From the human T2T-CHM13v2.0 reference genome, Homo sapiens, in the NCBI RefSeq assembly GCF_009914755.1, contig NC_060939.1: a stretch of DNA of 64,000 bases; one strand, 5' to 3'. Position 1 is the stretch's first letter. Each line of letters begins with the position of its first letter. The notes under the pieces were generated by a model. It searched no databases, had not been told where the DNA came from, and was given only the letters and a program-made list of their open reading frames with translations. Positions 42,501 to 57,500 of this stretch are shown here, in pieces. Both the position numbers and the translations under genes were made by a program.

Positions 42501-45500
42501 ATTCCGTTCGATTCCATTCCATTGCATTGCATTCCATTCCATTGGATTGCATTCCATTCGATTCCATTCCATTCGAATCAATTACATAGCAATCCATTAC
42601 ATTCGAGTCTATTCTCTTCCGTTCCATTCGATTTCGTTCCAATCCATTCGATTCCATTCCATTCGATTCCATTCCATACTATTGCATTCCATTCGATTAC
42701 ATTATATTCGAATAAGTTCCATTCAAGACCATTTCTTTTGAGTCCATTCTATTTGAGTCCATTCCCTTTGATTCCATAATATTTGAGTCCATTCAATTCC
42801 ATTCCTTTCGTTTCCATTCCATTTGATGCCATTCCATTCAATTCTGTTCTACTCGACTCCAATACATTCAATTCCATTCCATCCGATTCCATTACATTCT
42901 TTTCATTTCTTATCCATTTCAAGCCATTCCACTCCATTCCATTCCACTCGTTTCCTTTCCATTCGAGTCCATTCCTCTCCAGTCCATTCCGTTCAATCCA
43001 TTCCATTCCAGTCCATTCCATTCGAGTCCGTTCCATTCCAGTCCATTCCATTCGAGTCAATTCCATTCCATTCGATGTCTTTCCATAACGATCCATTCCA
43101 TTCTATTCCTTTCGATTCCATTCCATTCTATTTCATTCCATTCGATTCCCTTCCATTGGACTCCTTTCCATTCGAGTGCATTCCATTCCGTTCCATTTCT
43201 TTCCGTTCTGTACGATTCCTACCGTTCGATTTCATTTTGTTCCAGTCCATTCCTTTCGCGTCCATTCCATTCCATTTCACTCCATTCGATTCCATTCCAC
43301 TCGATTCCACTTCGTTCCATTTCATTGCATTCCATTCTATTCAACTCTATTGCCTTCCATTCCATTCCATTCGATTACATTCCATGCGATTCCATTCGAA
43401 ATCGAATCAATTACATTGCAATCCATTACTATTGAGTCCGTTTTATTCCAGTCCACTGCATTCTGGTCCATTCCATTTGATTCCATTCCATTCTATTCCA
43501 TTCCATACAGTTGCATTCCATTGGATTCCATGCTATATCTATAAATTCAATTCGAGACCATTGCTTTTGAGTCCATTCTATATGATTCCATTCCATTCAA
43601 GTCCATTACATTTGGTTCAATTCCATTCCATTCCATTCCCTTCCATTCCATTCCATTTGATATCAATCCATTCGATTCCATTCCATTCGAGCACATTCCA
43701 TTCGAGTCCATTCCATTCGATGCCATTCCATTTGATTCTATTCCATTAGTCTCCATTCAATTCCATTAATCTCCATTCCATTCCATTCTACTCCAACTGA
43801 TTCCATTCCATTCTATTCCTTTCCATTCCATTTCATTCCATTCCATTCCATTTCATTCCATTCCATTCCATTCGTGTCCATTCCACTCCAGTCCATTCCA
43901 TTCGTGTCCATTCCATTCCAGTCCATTCCATTTGTGTCCACTGCATTCCATTCCACTCCATTCCATATTATTCCATTACACTCCATTCCATTCTATTACT
44001 TTCATTTCCAATCAATTCCATTCCATTTGATTCCATTCCACTCGGTTTCATTCCATTTGAGTCCACTCCATTCCATTCCATTCCATTCCATTCAGTTCCA
44101 TTCCATTCTGTTCCATTCCATTCCGTTCCATTGCATTCCATTCCATTCGGTACCATTCCATATTGTTCCATTCGATTCCATTCGAATCCATTCCATTCCA
44201 GTCCATTCCATTTGATTCCATTCCATTCATTTCAATTCCATTCCATTCCATTCCATTCCATTCCACTTGATTCCTCTCCATTCCCTTCCACTGCATTCCG
44301 TTCGATTCCATTCCATTGCATTGCATTACATTCCATTGGATTGCATTCCATTCGATTCCATTCCATTCGAATCAATTACATAGCAATCCATTACATTCGA
44401 GTCTATTCTCTTCCGTTCCATTCGATTTCGTTCCAATCCATTCGATTCCATTCCATTCGATTCCATTCCATACTATTGCATTCCATTCGATTACATTATA
44501 TTCGAATAAGTTCCATTCAAGACCATTTCTTTTGAGTCCATTCTATTTGAGTCCATTCCCTTTGATTCCATAACATTTGAGTCCATTCAATTCCATTCCT
44601 TTCGTTTCCATTCCATTTGATGCCATTCCATTCAATTCTGTTCTACTCGACTCCAATACATTCAATTCCATTCCATCCGATTCCATTACATTCTTTTCAT
44701 TTCTTATCCATTTCAAGCCATTCCACTCCATTCCATTCCACTCGTTTCCTTTCCATTCGAGTCCATTCCTCTCCAGTCCATTCCGTTCAATCCATTCCAT
44801 TCCAGTCCATTCCATTCGAGTCCGTTCCATTCCAGTCCATTCCATTCGAGTCAATTCCATTCCATTCGATGTCTTTCCATAACGATCCATTCCATTCTAT
44901 TCCTTTCGATTCCATTCCATTCTATTTCATTCCATTCGATTCCCTTCCATTGGACTCCTTTCCATTCGAGTGCATTCCATTCCGTTCCATTTCTTTCCGT
45001 TCTGTACGATTCCTACCGTTCGATTTCATTTTGTTCCAGTCCATTCCTTTCGCGTCCATTCCATTCCATTTCACTCCATTCGATTCCATTCCACTCGATT
45101 CCACTTCGTTCCATTTCATTGCATTCCATTCTATTCAACTCTATTGCCTTCCATTCCATTCCATTCGATTACATTCCATGCGATTCCATTCGAAATCGAA
45201 TCAATTACATTGCAATCCATTACTATTGAGTCCGTTTTATTCCAGTCCACTGCATTCTGGTCCATTCCATTTGATTCCATTCCATTCTATTCCATTCCAT
45301 ACAGTTGCATTCCATTGGATTCCATGCTATATCTATAAATTCAATTCGAGACCATTGCTTTTGAGTCCATTCTATATGATTCCATTCCATTCAAGTCCAT
45401 TACATTTGGTTCAATTCCATTCCATTCCATTCCCTTCCATTCCATTCCATTTGATATCAATCCATTCGATTCCATTCCATTCGAGCACATTCCATTCGAG

Positions 45501-47244
45501 TCCATTCCATTCGATGCCATTCCATTTGATTCTATTCCATTAGTCTCCATTCAATTCCATTAATCTCCATTCCATTCCATTCTACTCCAACTGATTCCAT
45601 TCCATTCTATTCCTTTCCATTCCATTTCATTCCATTCCATTCCATTTCATTCCATTCCATTCCATTCGTGTCCATTCCACTCCAGTCCATTCCATTCGTG
45701 TCCATTCCATTCCAGTCCATTCCATTTGTGTCCACTGCATTCCATTCCACTCCATTCCATATTATTCCATTACACTCCATTCCATTCTTTTACTTTCATT
45801 TCCATTCAATTCCATTCCATTTGATTCCATTCCACTCGGTTTCATTCCATTTGAGTCCACTCCATTCCATTCCATTCCATTCCATTCAGTTCCATTCCAT
45901 TCTGTTCCATTCCATTCCGTTCCATTACATTCCATTCCATTCGGTACCATTCCATATTGTTCCATTCGATTCCATTCGAATCCATTCCATTCCAGTCCAT
46001 TCCATTCGATTCCATTCCATTCATTTCAATTCCATTCCATTCCATTCCATTCCATTCCACTTGATTCCTCTCCATTCCCTTCCACTGCATTCCGTTCGAT
46101 TCCATTCCATTGCATTGCATTCCATTCCATTGGATTGCATTCCATTCGATTCCATTCCATTCGAATCAATTACATAGCAATCCATTACATTCGAGTCTAT
46201 TCTCTTCCGTTCCATTCGATTTCGTTCCAATCCATTCGATTCCATTCCATTCGATTCCATTCCATACTATTGCATTCCATTCGATTACATTATATTCGAA
46301 TAAGTTCCATTCAAGACCATTTCTTTTGAGTCCATTCTATTTGAGTCCATTCCCTTTGATTCCATAACATTTGAGTCCATTCAATTCCATTCCTTTCGTT
46401 TCCATTCCATTTGATGCCATTCCATTCAATTCTGTTCTACTCGACTCCAATACATTCAATTCCATTCCATCCGATTCCATTACATTCTTTTCATTTCTTA
46501 TCCATTTCAAGCCATTCCACTCCATTCCATTCCACTCGTTTCCTTTCCATTCGAGTCCATTCCTCTCCAGTCCATTCCGTTCAATCCATTCCATTCCAGT
46601 CCATTCCATTCGAGTCCGTTCCATTCCAGTCCATTCCATTCGAGTCAATTCCATTCCATTCGATGTCTTTCCATAACGATCCATTCCATTCTATTCCTTT
46701 CGATTCCATTCCATTCTATTTCATTCCATTCGATTCCCTTCCATTGGACTCCTTTCCATTCGAGTGCATTCCATTCCGTTCCATTTCTTTCCGTTCTGTA
46801 CGATTCCTACCGTTCGATTTCATTTTGTTCCAGTCCATTCCTTTCGCGTCCATTCCATTCCATTTCACTCCATTCGATTCCATTCCACTCGATTCCACTT
46901 CGTTCCATTTCATTGCATTCCATTCTATTCAACTCTATTGCCTTCCATTCCATTCCATTCGATTACATTCCATGCGATTCCATTCGAAATCGAATCAATT
47001 ACATTGCAATCCATTACTATTGAGTCCGTTTTATTCCAGTCCACTGCATTCTGGTCCATTCCATTTGATTCCATTCCATTCTATTCCATTCCATACAGTT
47101 GCATTCCATTGGATTCCATGCTATATCTATAAATTCAATTCGAGACCATTGCTTTTGAGTCCATTCTATATGATTCCATTCCATTCAAGTCCATTACATT
47201 TGGTTCAATTCCATTCCATTCCATTCCCTTCCATTCCATTCCAT

Positions 47245-50200
47245 TTGATATCAATCCATTCGATTCCATTCCATTCGAGCACATTCCATTCGAGTCCATT
47301 CCATTCGATGCCATTCCATTTGATTCTATTCCATTAGTCTCCATTCAATTCCATTAATCTCCATTCCATTCCATTCTACTCCAACTGATTCCATTCCATT
47401 CTATTCCTTTCCATTCCATTTCATTCCATTCCATTCCATTTCATTCCATTCCATTCCATTCGTGTCCATTCCACTCCAGTCCATTCCATTCGTGTCCATT
47501 CCATTCCAGTCCATTCCATTTGTGTCCACTGCATTCCATTCCACTCCATTCCATATTATTCCATTACACTCCATTCCATTCTTTTACTTTCATTTCCATT
47601 CAATTCCATTCCATTTGATTCCATTCCACTCGGTTTCATTCCATTTGAGTCCACTCCATTCCATTCCATTCCATTCCATTCAGTTCCATTCCATTCTGTT
47701 CCATTCCATTCCGTTCCATTACATTCCATTCCATTCGGTACCATTCCATATTGTTCCATTCGATTCCATTCGAATCCATTCCATTCCAGTCCATTCCATT
47801 CGATTCCATTCCATTCATTTCAATTCCATTCCATTCCATTCCATTCCATTCCACTTGATTCCTCTCCATTCCCTTCCACTGCATTCCGTTCGATTCCATT
47901 CCATTGCATTGCATTCCATTCCATTGGATTGCATTCCATTCGATTCCATTCCATTCGAATCAATTACATAGCAATCCATTACATTCGAGTCTATTCTCTT
48001 CCGTTCCATTCGATTTCGTTCCAATCCATTCGATTCCATTCCATTCGATTCCATTCCATACTATTGCATTCCATTCGATTACATTATATTCGAATAAGTT
48101 CCATTCAAGACCATTTCTTTTGAGTCCATTCTATTTGAGTCCATTCCCTTTGATTCCATAACATTTGAGTCCATTCAATTCCATTCCTTTCGTTTCCATT
48201 CCATTTGATGCCATTCCATTCAATTCTGTTCTACTCGACTCCAATACATTCAATTCCATTCCATCCGATTCCATTACATTCTTTTCATTTCTTATCCATT
48301 TCAAGCCATTCCACTCCATTCCATTCCACTCGTTTCCTTTCCATTCGAGTCCATTCCTCTCCAGTCCATTCCGTTCAATCCATTCCATTCCAGTCCATTC
48401 CATTCGAGTCCGTTCCATTCCAGTCCATTCCATTCGAGTCAATTCCATTCCATTCGATGTCTTTCCATAACGATCCATTCCATTCTATTCCTTTCGATTC
48501 CATTCCATTCTATTTCATTCCATTCGATTCCCTTCCATTGGACTCCTTTCCATTCGAGTGCATTCCATTCCGTTCCATTTCTTTCCGTTCTGTACGATTC
48601 CTACCGTTCGATTTCATTTTGTTCCAGTCCATTCCTTTCGCGTCCATTCCATTCCATTTCACTCCATTCGATTCCATTCCACTCGATTCCACTTCGTTCC
48701 ATTTCATTGCATTCCATTCTATTCAACTCTATTGCCTTCCATTCCATTCCATTCGATTACATTCCATGCGATTCCATTCGAAATCGAATCAATTACATTG
48801 CAATCCATTACTATTGAGTCCGTTTTATTCCAGTCCACTGCATTCTGGTCCATTCCATTTGATTCCATTCCATTCTATTCCATTCCATACAGTTGCATTC
48901 CATTGGATTCCATGCTATATCTATAAATTCAATTCGAGACCATTGCTTTTGAGTCCATTCTATATGATTCCATTCCATTCAAGTCCATTACATTTGGTTC
49001 AATTCCATTCCATTCCATTCCCTTCCATTCCATTCCATTTGATATCAATCCATTCAATTCCATTCCATTCGAGCACATTCCATTCGAGTCCATTCCATTC
49101 GATGCCATTCCATTTGATTCTATTCCATTAGTCTCCATTCAATTCCATTAATCTCCATTCCATTCCATTCTACTCCAACTGATTCCATTCCATTCTATTC
49201 CTTTCCATTCCATTTCATTCCATTCCATTCCATTCGTGTCCATTCCACTCCAGTCCATTCCATTCGTGTCCATTCCATTCCAGTCCATTCCATTTGTGTC
49301 CACTGCATTCCATTCCACTCCATTCCATATTATTCCATTACACTCCATTCCATTCTATTACTTTCATTTCCATTCAGTTCCATTCCATTAGATTCCATTC
49401 CACTTGATTCCATTCCACTCGGTTTCATTCCATTTGAGTCCACTCCATTCCATTCCATTCCATTCCATTCAGTTCCATTCCATTCTGTTCCATTCCATTC
49501 CATTCCATTCGGTACCATTCCATAGTGTTCCATTCGATTCCATTCGAATCCATTCCATTCCAGTCCTTTCCATTCGATTCCATTCCATTCATTTCAATTC
49601 CATTCCATTCCATTCCATTCCATTCCACTTGATTCCTCTCCATACCCTTCCACTGCATTCCATTCGATTCCATTCCATTGCATTGCATTCCATTCCATTG
49701 GATTGCATTCCATTCGATTCCATTCCATTCGAATCAATTACATAGCAATCCATTACATTCGAGTCTATTCTCTTCCGTTCCATTCGATTTCGTTCCAATC
49801 CATTCGATTCCATTCCATTCGATTCCATTCCATACTATTGCATTCCTTTCGATTAAATTATATTCGAATAAGTTCCATTCAAGACCATTTCTTTTGAGTC
49901 CATTCTATTTGAGTCCATTCCCTTTGATTCCATAACATTTGTGTCCATTCAATTCCATTCCTTTCGTTTCCATTCCATTTGATGCCATTCCATTCAATTC
50001 TGTTCTACTCGACTCCAATACATTCAATTCCATTCCATCCGATTCCATTACATTCTTTTCATTTCTTATCCATTTCAAGCCATTCCACTCCATTCCATTC
50101 CACTCGTTTCCTTTCCATTCGAGTCCATTCCTCTCCAGTCCATTCCGTTCAATCCATTCCATTCCAGTCCATTCCATTCGAGTCCGTTCCATTCCATTCG

Positions 50201-51537
50201 ATGTCTTTCCATAACGATCCATTCCATTCTATTCCTTTCGATTCCATTCCATTCTATTTCATTCCATTCGATTCCCTTCCATTGGACTCCTTTCCATTCG
50301 AGTGCATTCCATTCCGTTCCATTTCTTTCCATTCTGTACGATTCCTACCGTTCGATTTCATTTTGTTCCAGTCCATTCCTTTCGCGTCCATTCCATTCCA
50401 TTTCACTCCATTCGATTCCATTCCACTCGATTCCACTTTGTTCCATTTCATTGCATTCCATTCTATTCAACTCTATTACCCTCCATTCCATTCCATTCGA
50501 TTACATTCCATGCGATTCCATTCGAAATCGAATCAATTACATTGCAATCCATTACTATTGAGTCCGTTTTATTCCAGTCCACTGCATTCTGGTCCATTCC
50601 ATTTGATTCCATTCCATTCTATTCCATTCCATACAGTTGCATTCCATTGGATTCCATTCTATATCTATAAATTCAATTCGAGACCATTGCTTTTGAGTCC
50701 ATTCTATATGATTCCATTCCATTCAAGTCCATTACATTTGGTTCAATTCCATTCCATTCCATTCCATTCCCTTCCATTCCATTCCAGTTGATATCAATCC
50801 ATTCGATTCCATTCCATTCGAGCACATTCCATTCGAGTCCATTCCATTCGATGCCATTCCATTTGATTCTATTCCATTAGTCTCCATTCTATTCCATTAA
50901 TCTCCATTCCATTCCATTCTACTCCAACTGATTCCATTTCATTCTATTCCTTTCCATTCCATTTCATTCCATTCCATTCCATTCGTGTCCATTCCACTCC
51001 AGTCCATTCCATTCGTGTCCATTCCATTCCAGTCCATTACATTTGTGTCCACTGCATTCCATTCCACTCCATTCCATATTATTCCATTACACTCCATTCC
51101 ATTCTATTACTTTCATTTCCATTCAATTCCATTCCATTTGATTCCATTCCACTCGGTTTCATTCCATTTGAGTCCACTCCATTCCATTCCATTCCATTCC
51201 ATTCAGTTCCATTCCATTCTGTTCCATTCCATTCCGTTCCATTACATTCCATTCCATTCGGTACCATTCCATATTGTTCCATTCGATTCCATTCGAATCC
51301 ATTCCATTCCAGTCCATTCCATTCGATTCCATTCCATTCATTTCAATTCCATTCCATTCCATTCCATTCCATTCCACTTGATTCCTCTCCATTCCCTTCC
51401 ACTGCATTCCGTTCGATTCCATTCCATTGCATTGCATTCCAATCCATTGGATTGCATTCCATTCGATTCCATTCCATTCGAATCAATTACATAGCAATCC
51501 ATTACATTCGAGTCTATTCTATTCCGTTCCATTCGAT
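47245..51537 (+). repeat. First copy of a >=4.3 kb block duplicated at +12,463 bp
   Basis: At least six private variants are shared with 59708-64000 (see findings). Confidence 0.9.
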
Positions 51538-54500
51538 TTCGTTCCAATCCATTCGATTCCATTCCATTCGATTCCATTCCATACTATTGCATTCCATTCG
51601 ATTACATTATATTCGAATAAGTTCCATTCAAGACCATTTCTTTTGAGTCCATTCTATTTGAGTCCATTCCCTTTGATTCCATAACATTTGAGTCCATTCA
51701 ATTCCATTCCTTTCGTTTCCATTCCATTTGATGCCATTCCATTCAATTCTGTTCTACTCGACTCCAATACATTCAATTCCATTCCATCCGATTCCATTAC
51801 ATTCTTTTCATTTCTTATCCATTTCAAGCCATTCCACTCCATTCCATTCCACTCGTTTCCTTTCCATTCGAGTCCATTCCTCTCCAGTCCATTCCATTCA
51901 ATCCATTCCATTCCAGTCCATTCCATTCGAGTCCGTTCCATTCCAGTCCATTCCATTCGAGTCAATTCCATTCCATTCGATGTCTTTCCATAACGATCCA
52001 TTCCATTCTATTCCTTTCGATTCCATTCCATTCTATTTCATTCCATTCGATTCCCTTCCACTGGACTCCTTTCCATTCGAGTGCATTCCATTCCTTTCCA
52101 TTTCTTTCCGTTCTGTACGATTCCTACCGTTCGATTTCATTTTGTTCCAGTCCATTCCTTTCGCGTCCATTCCATTCCATTTCACTCCATTCGATTCCAT
52201 TCCACTCGATTCCACTTCGTTCCATTTCATTGCATTCCATTCTATTCAACTCTATTGCCTTCCATTCCATTCCATTCGATTACATTCCATGCGATTCCAT
52301 TCGAAATCGAATCAATTACATTGCAATCCATTACTATTGAGTCCGTTTTATTCCAGTCCACTGCATTCTGGTCCATTCCATTTGATTCCATTCCATTCTA
52401 TTCCATTCCATACAGTTGCATTCCATTGGATTCCATGCTATATCTATAAATTCAATTCGAGACCATTGCTTTTGAGTCCATTCTATATGATTCCATTCCA
52501 TTCAAGTCCATTACATTTGGTTCAATTCCATTCCATTCCATTCCCTTCCATTCCATTCCATTTGATATCAATCCATTCGATTCCATTCCATTCGAGCACA
52601 TTCCATTCGAGTCCATTCCATTCGATGCCATTCCATTTGATTCTATTCCATTAGTCTCCATTCAATTCCATTAATCTCCATTCCATTCCATTCTACTCCA
52701 ACTGATTCCATTCCATTCTATTCCTTTCCATTCCATTTCATTCCATTCCATTCCATTTCATTCCATTCCATTCCATTCGTGTCCATTCCACTCCAGTCCA
52801 TTCCATTCGTGTCCATTCCATTCCAGTCCATTCCATTTGTGTCCACTGCATTCCATTCCACTCCATTCCATATTATTCCATTACACTCCATTCCATTCTA
52901 TTACTTTCATTTCCATTCAATTCCATTCCATTTGATTCCATTCCACTCGGTTTCATTCCATTTGAGTCCACTCCATTCCATTCCATTCCATTCCATTCAG
53001 TTCCATTCCATTCTGTTCCATTCCATTCCGTTCCATTACATTCCATTCCATTCGGTACCATTCCATATTGTTCCATTCGATTCCATTCGAATCCATTCCA
53101 TTCCAGTCCATTCCATTCGATTCCATTCCATTCATTTCAATTCCATTCCATTCCATTCCATTCCATTCCACTTGATTCCTCTCCATTCCCTTCCACTGCA
53201 TTCCGTTCGATTCCATTCCATTGCATTGCATTCCATTCCATTGGATTGCATTCCATTCGATTCCATTCCATTCGAATCAATTACATAGCAATCCATTACA
53301 TTCCAGTCTATTCTATTCCGTTCCATTCGATTTCGTTCCAATCCATTCGATTCCATTCCATTCGATTCCATTCCATACTATTGCATTCCATTCGATTACA
53401 TTATATTCGAATAAGTTCCATTCAAGACCATTTCTTTTGAGTCCATTCTATTTGAGTCCCTTCCCTTTGATTCCATAACATTTGAGTCCATTCAATTCCA
53501 TTCCTTTCGTTTCCATTCCATTTGATGCCATTCCATTCAATTCTGTTCTACTCGACTCCAATACATTCAATTCCATTCCATCCGATTCCATTACATTCTT
53601 TTCATTTCTTATCCATTTCAAGCCATTCCACTCCATTCCATTCCACTCGTTTCCTTTCCATTCGAGTCCATTCCTCTCCAGTCCATTCCGTTCAATCCAT
53701 TCCATTCCAGTCCATTCCATTCGAGTCCGTTCCATTCCAGTCCATTCCATTCGAGTCAATTCCATTCCATTCGATGTCTTTCCATAACGATCCATTCCAT
53801 TCTATTCCTTTCGATTCCATTCCATTCTATTTCATTCCATTCGATTCCCTTCCATTGGACTCCTTTCCATTCGAGTGCATTCCATTCCGTTCCATTTCTT
53901 TCCGTTCTGTACGATTCCTACCGTTCGATTTCATTTTGTTCCAGTCCATTCCTTTCGCGTCCATTCCATTCCATTTCACTCCATTCGATTCCATTCCACT
54001 CGATTCCACTTTGTTCCATTTCATTGCATTCCATTCTATTCAACTCTATTGCCTTCCATTCCATTCCATTCGATTACATTCCATGCGATTCCATTCGAAA
54101 TCGAATCAATTACATTGCAATCCATTACTATTGAGTCCGTTTTATTCCAGTCCACTGCATTCTGGTCCATTCCATTTGATTCCATTCCATTCTATTCCAT
54201 TCCATACAGTTGCATTCCATTGGATTCCATGCTATATCTATAAATTCAATTCGAGACCATTGCTTTTGAGTCCATTCTATATGATTCCATTCCATTCAAG
54301 TCCATTACATTTGGTTCAATTCCATTCCATTCCATTCCCTTCCATTCCATTCCATTTGATATCAATCCATTCGATTCCATTCCATTCGAGCACATTCCAT
54401 TCGAGTCCATTCCATTCGATGCCATTCCATTTGATTCTATTCCATTAGTCTCCATTCAATTCCATTAATCTCCATTCCATTCCATTCTACTCCAACTGAT

Positions 54501-57500
54501 TCCATTCCATTCTATTCCTTTCCATTCCATTTCATTCCATTCCATTCCATTTCATTCCATTCCATTCCATTCGTGTCCATTCCACTCCAGTCCATTCCAT
54601 TCGTGTCCATTCCATTCCAGTCCATTCCATTTGTGTCCACTGCATTCCATTCCACTCCATTCCATATTATTCCATTACACTCCATTCCATTCTATTACTT
54701 TCATTTCCATTCAATTCCATTCCATTTGATTCCATTCCACTCGGTTTCATTCCATTTGAGTCCACTCCATTCCATTCCATTCCATTCCATTCAGTTCCAT
54801 TCCATTCTGTTCCATTCCATTCCGTTCCATTACATTCCATTCCATTCGGTACCATTCCATATTGTTCCATTCGATTCCATTCGAATCCATTCCATTCCAG
54901 TCCATTCCATTCGATTCCATTCCATTCATTTCAATTCCATTCCATTCCATTCCATTACATTCCACTTGATTCCTCTCCATTCCCTTCCACTGCATTCCGT
55001 TCGATTTCATTCCATTGCATTGCATTCCATTCCATTGGATTGCATTCCATTCGATTCCATTCCATTCGAATCAATTACATAGCAATCCATTACATTCGAG
55101 TCTATTCTCTTCCGTTCCATTCGATTTCGTTCCAATCCATTCGATTCCATTCCATTCGATTCCATTCCATACTATTGCATTCCATTCGATTACATTATAT
55201 TCGAATAAGTTCCATTCAAGACCATTTCTTTTGAGTCCATTCTATTTGAGTCCATTCCCTTTGATTCCATAACATTTGAGTCCATTCAATTCCATTCCTT
55301 TCGTTTCCATTCCATTTGATGCCATTCCATTCAATTCTGTTCTACTCGACTCCAATACATTCAATTCCATTCCATCCGATTCCATTACATTCTTTTCATT
55401 TCTTATCCATTTCAAGCCATTCCACTCCATTCCATTCCACTCGTTTCCTTTCCATTCGAGTCCATTCCTCTCCAGTCCATTCCGTTCAATCCATTCCATT
55501 CCAGTCCATTCCATTCGAGTCCGTTCCATTCCATTCGATGTCTTTCCATAACGATCCATTCCATTCTATTCCTTTCGATTCCATTCCATTCTATGTCATT
55601 CCATTCGATTCCCTTCCATTGGACTCCTTTCCATTCGAGTGCATTCCATTCCGTTCCATTTCTTTCCATTCTGTACGATTCCTACCGTTCGATTTCATTT
55701 TGTTCCAGTCCATTCCTTTCGCGTCCATTCCATTCCATTTCACTCCATTCGATTCCATTCCACTCGATTCCACTTTGTTCCATTTCATTGCATTCCATTC
55801 TATTCAACTCTATTGCCCTCCATTCCATTCCATTCGATTACATTCCATGCGATTCCATTCGAAATCGAATCAATTACATTGCAATCCATTACTATTGAGT
55901 CCGTTTTATTCCAGTCCACTGCATTCTGGTCCATTCCATTTGATTCCATTCCATTCTATTCCATTCCATACAGTTGCATTCCATTGGATTCCATTCTATA
56001 TCTATAAATTCAATTCGAGACCATTGCTTTTGAGTCCATTCTATATGATTCCATTCCATTCAAGTCCATTACATTTGGTTCAATTCCATTCCATTCCATT
56101 CCCTTCCATTCCATTCCAGTTGATATCAATCCATTCGATTCCATTCCATTCGAGCACATTCCATTCGAGTCCATTCCATTCGATGCCATTCCATTTGATT
56201 CTATTCCATTAGTCTCCATTCAATTCCATTAATCTCCATTCCATTCCATTCTACTCCAACTGATTCCATTCCATTCTATTCCTTTCCATTCCATTTCATT
56301 CCATTCCATTCCATTTCATTCCATTCCATTCCATTCGTGTCCATTCCACTCCAGTCCATTCCATTCGTGTCCATTCCATTCCAGTCCATTCCATTTGTGT
56401 CCACTGCATTCCATTCCACTCCATTCCATATTATTCCATTACACTCCATTCCATTCTATTACTTTCATTTCCATTCAATTCCATTCCATTTGATTCCATT
56501 CCACTCGGTTTCATTCCATTTGAGTCCACTCCATTCCATTCCATTCCATTCCATTCAGTTCCATTCCATTCTGTTCCATTCCATTCCGTTCCATTACATT
56601 CCATTCCATTCGGTACCATTCCATATTGTTCCATTCGATTCCATTCGAATCCATTCCATTCCAGTCCATTCCATTCGATTCCATTCCATTCATTTCAATT
56701 CCATTCCATTCCATTCCATTCCATTCCACTTGATTCCTCTCCATTCCCTTCCACTGCATTCCGTTCGATTCCATTCCATTGCATTGCATTCCATTCCATT
56801 GGATTGCATTCCATTCGATTCCATTCCATTCGAATCAATTACATAGCAATCCATTACATTCCAGTCTATTCTATTCCGTTCCATTCGATTTCGTTCCAAT
56901 CCATTCGATTCCATTCCATTCGATTCCATTCCATACTATTGCATTCCATTCGATTACATTATATTCGAATAAGTTCCATTCAAGACCATTTCTTTTGAGT
57001 CCATTCTATTTGAGTCCCTTCCCTTTGATTCCATAACATTTGAGTCCATTCAATTCCATTCCTTTCGTTTCCATTCCATTTGATGCCATTCCATTCAATT
57101 CTGTTCTACTCGACTCCAATACATTCAATTCCATTCCATCCGATTCCATTACATTCTTTTCATTTCTTATCCATTTCAAGCCATTCCACTCCATTCCATT
57201 CCACTCGTTTCCTTTCCATTCGAGTCCATTCCTCTCCAGTCCATTCCGTTCAATCCATTCCATTCCAGTCCATTCCATTCGAGTCCGTTCCATTCCAGTC
57301 CATTCCATTCGAGTCAATTCCAACCCATTCGATGTCTTTCCATAACGATCCATTCCATTCTATTCCTTTCGATTCCATTCCATTCTATTTCATTCCATTC
57401 GATTCCCTTCCATTGGACTCCTTTCCATTCGAGTGCATTCCATTCCGTTCCATTTCTTTCCGTTCTGTACGATTCCTACCGTTCGATTTCATTTTGTTCC

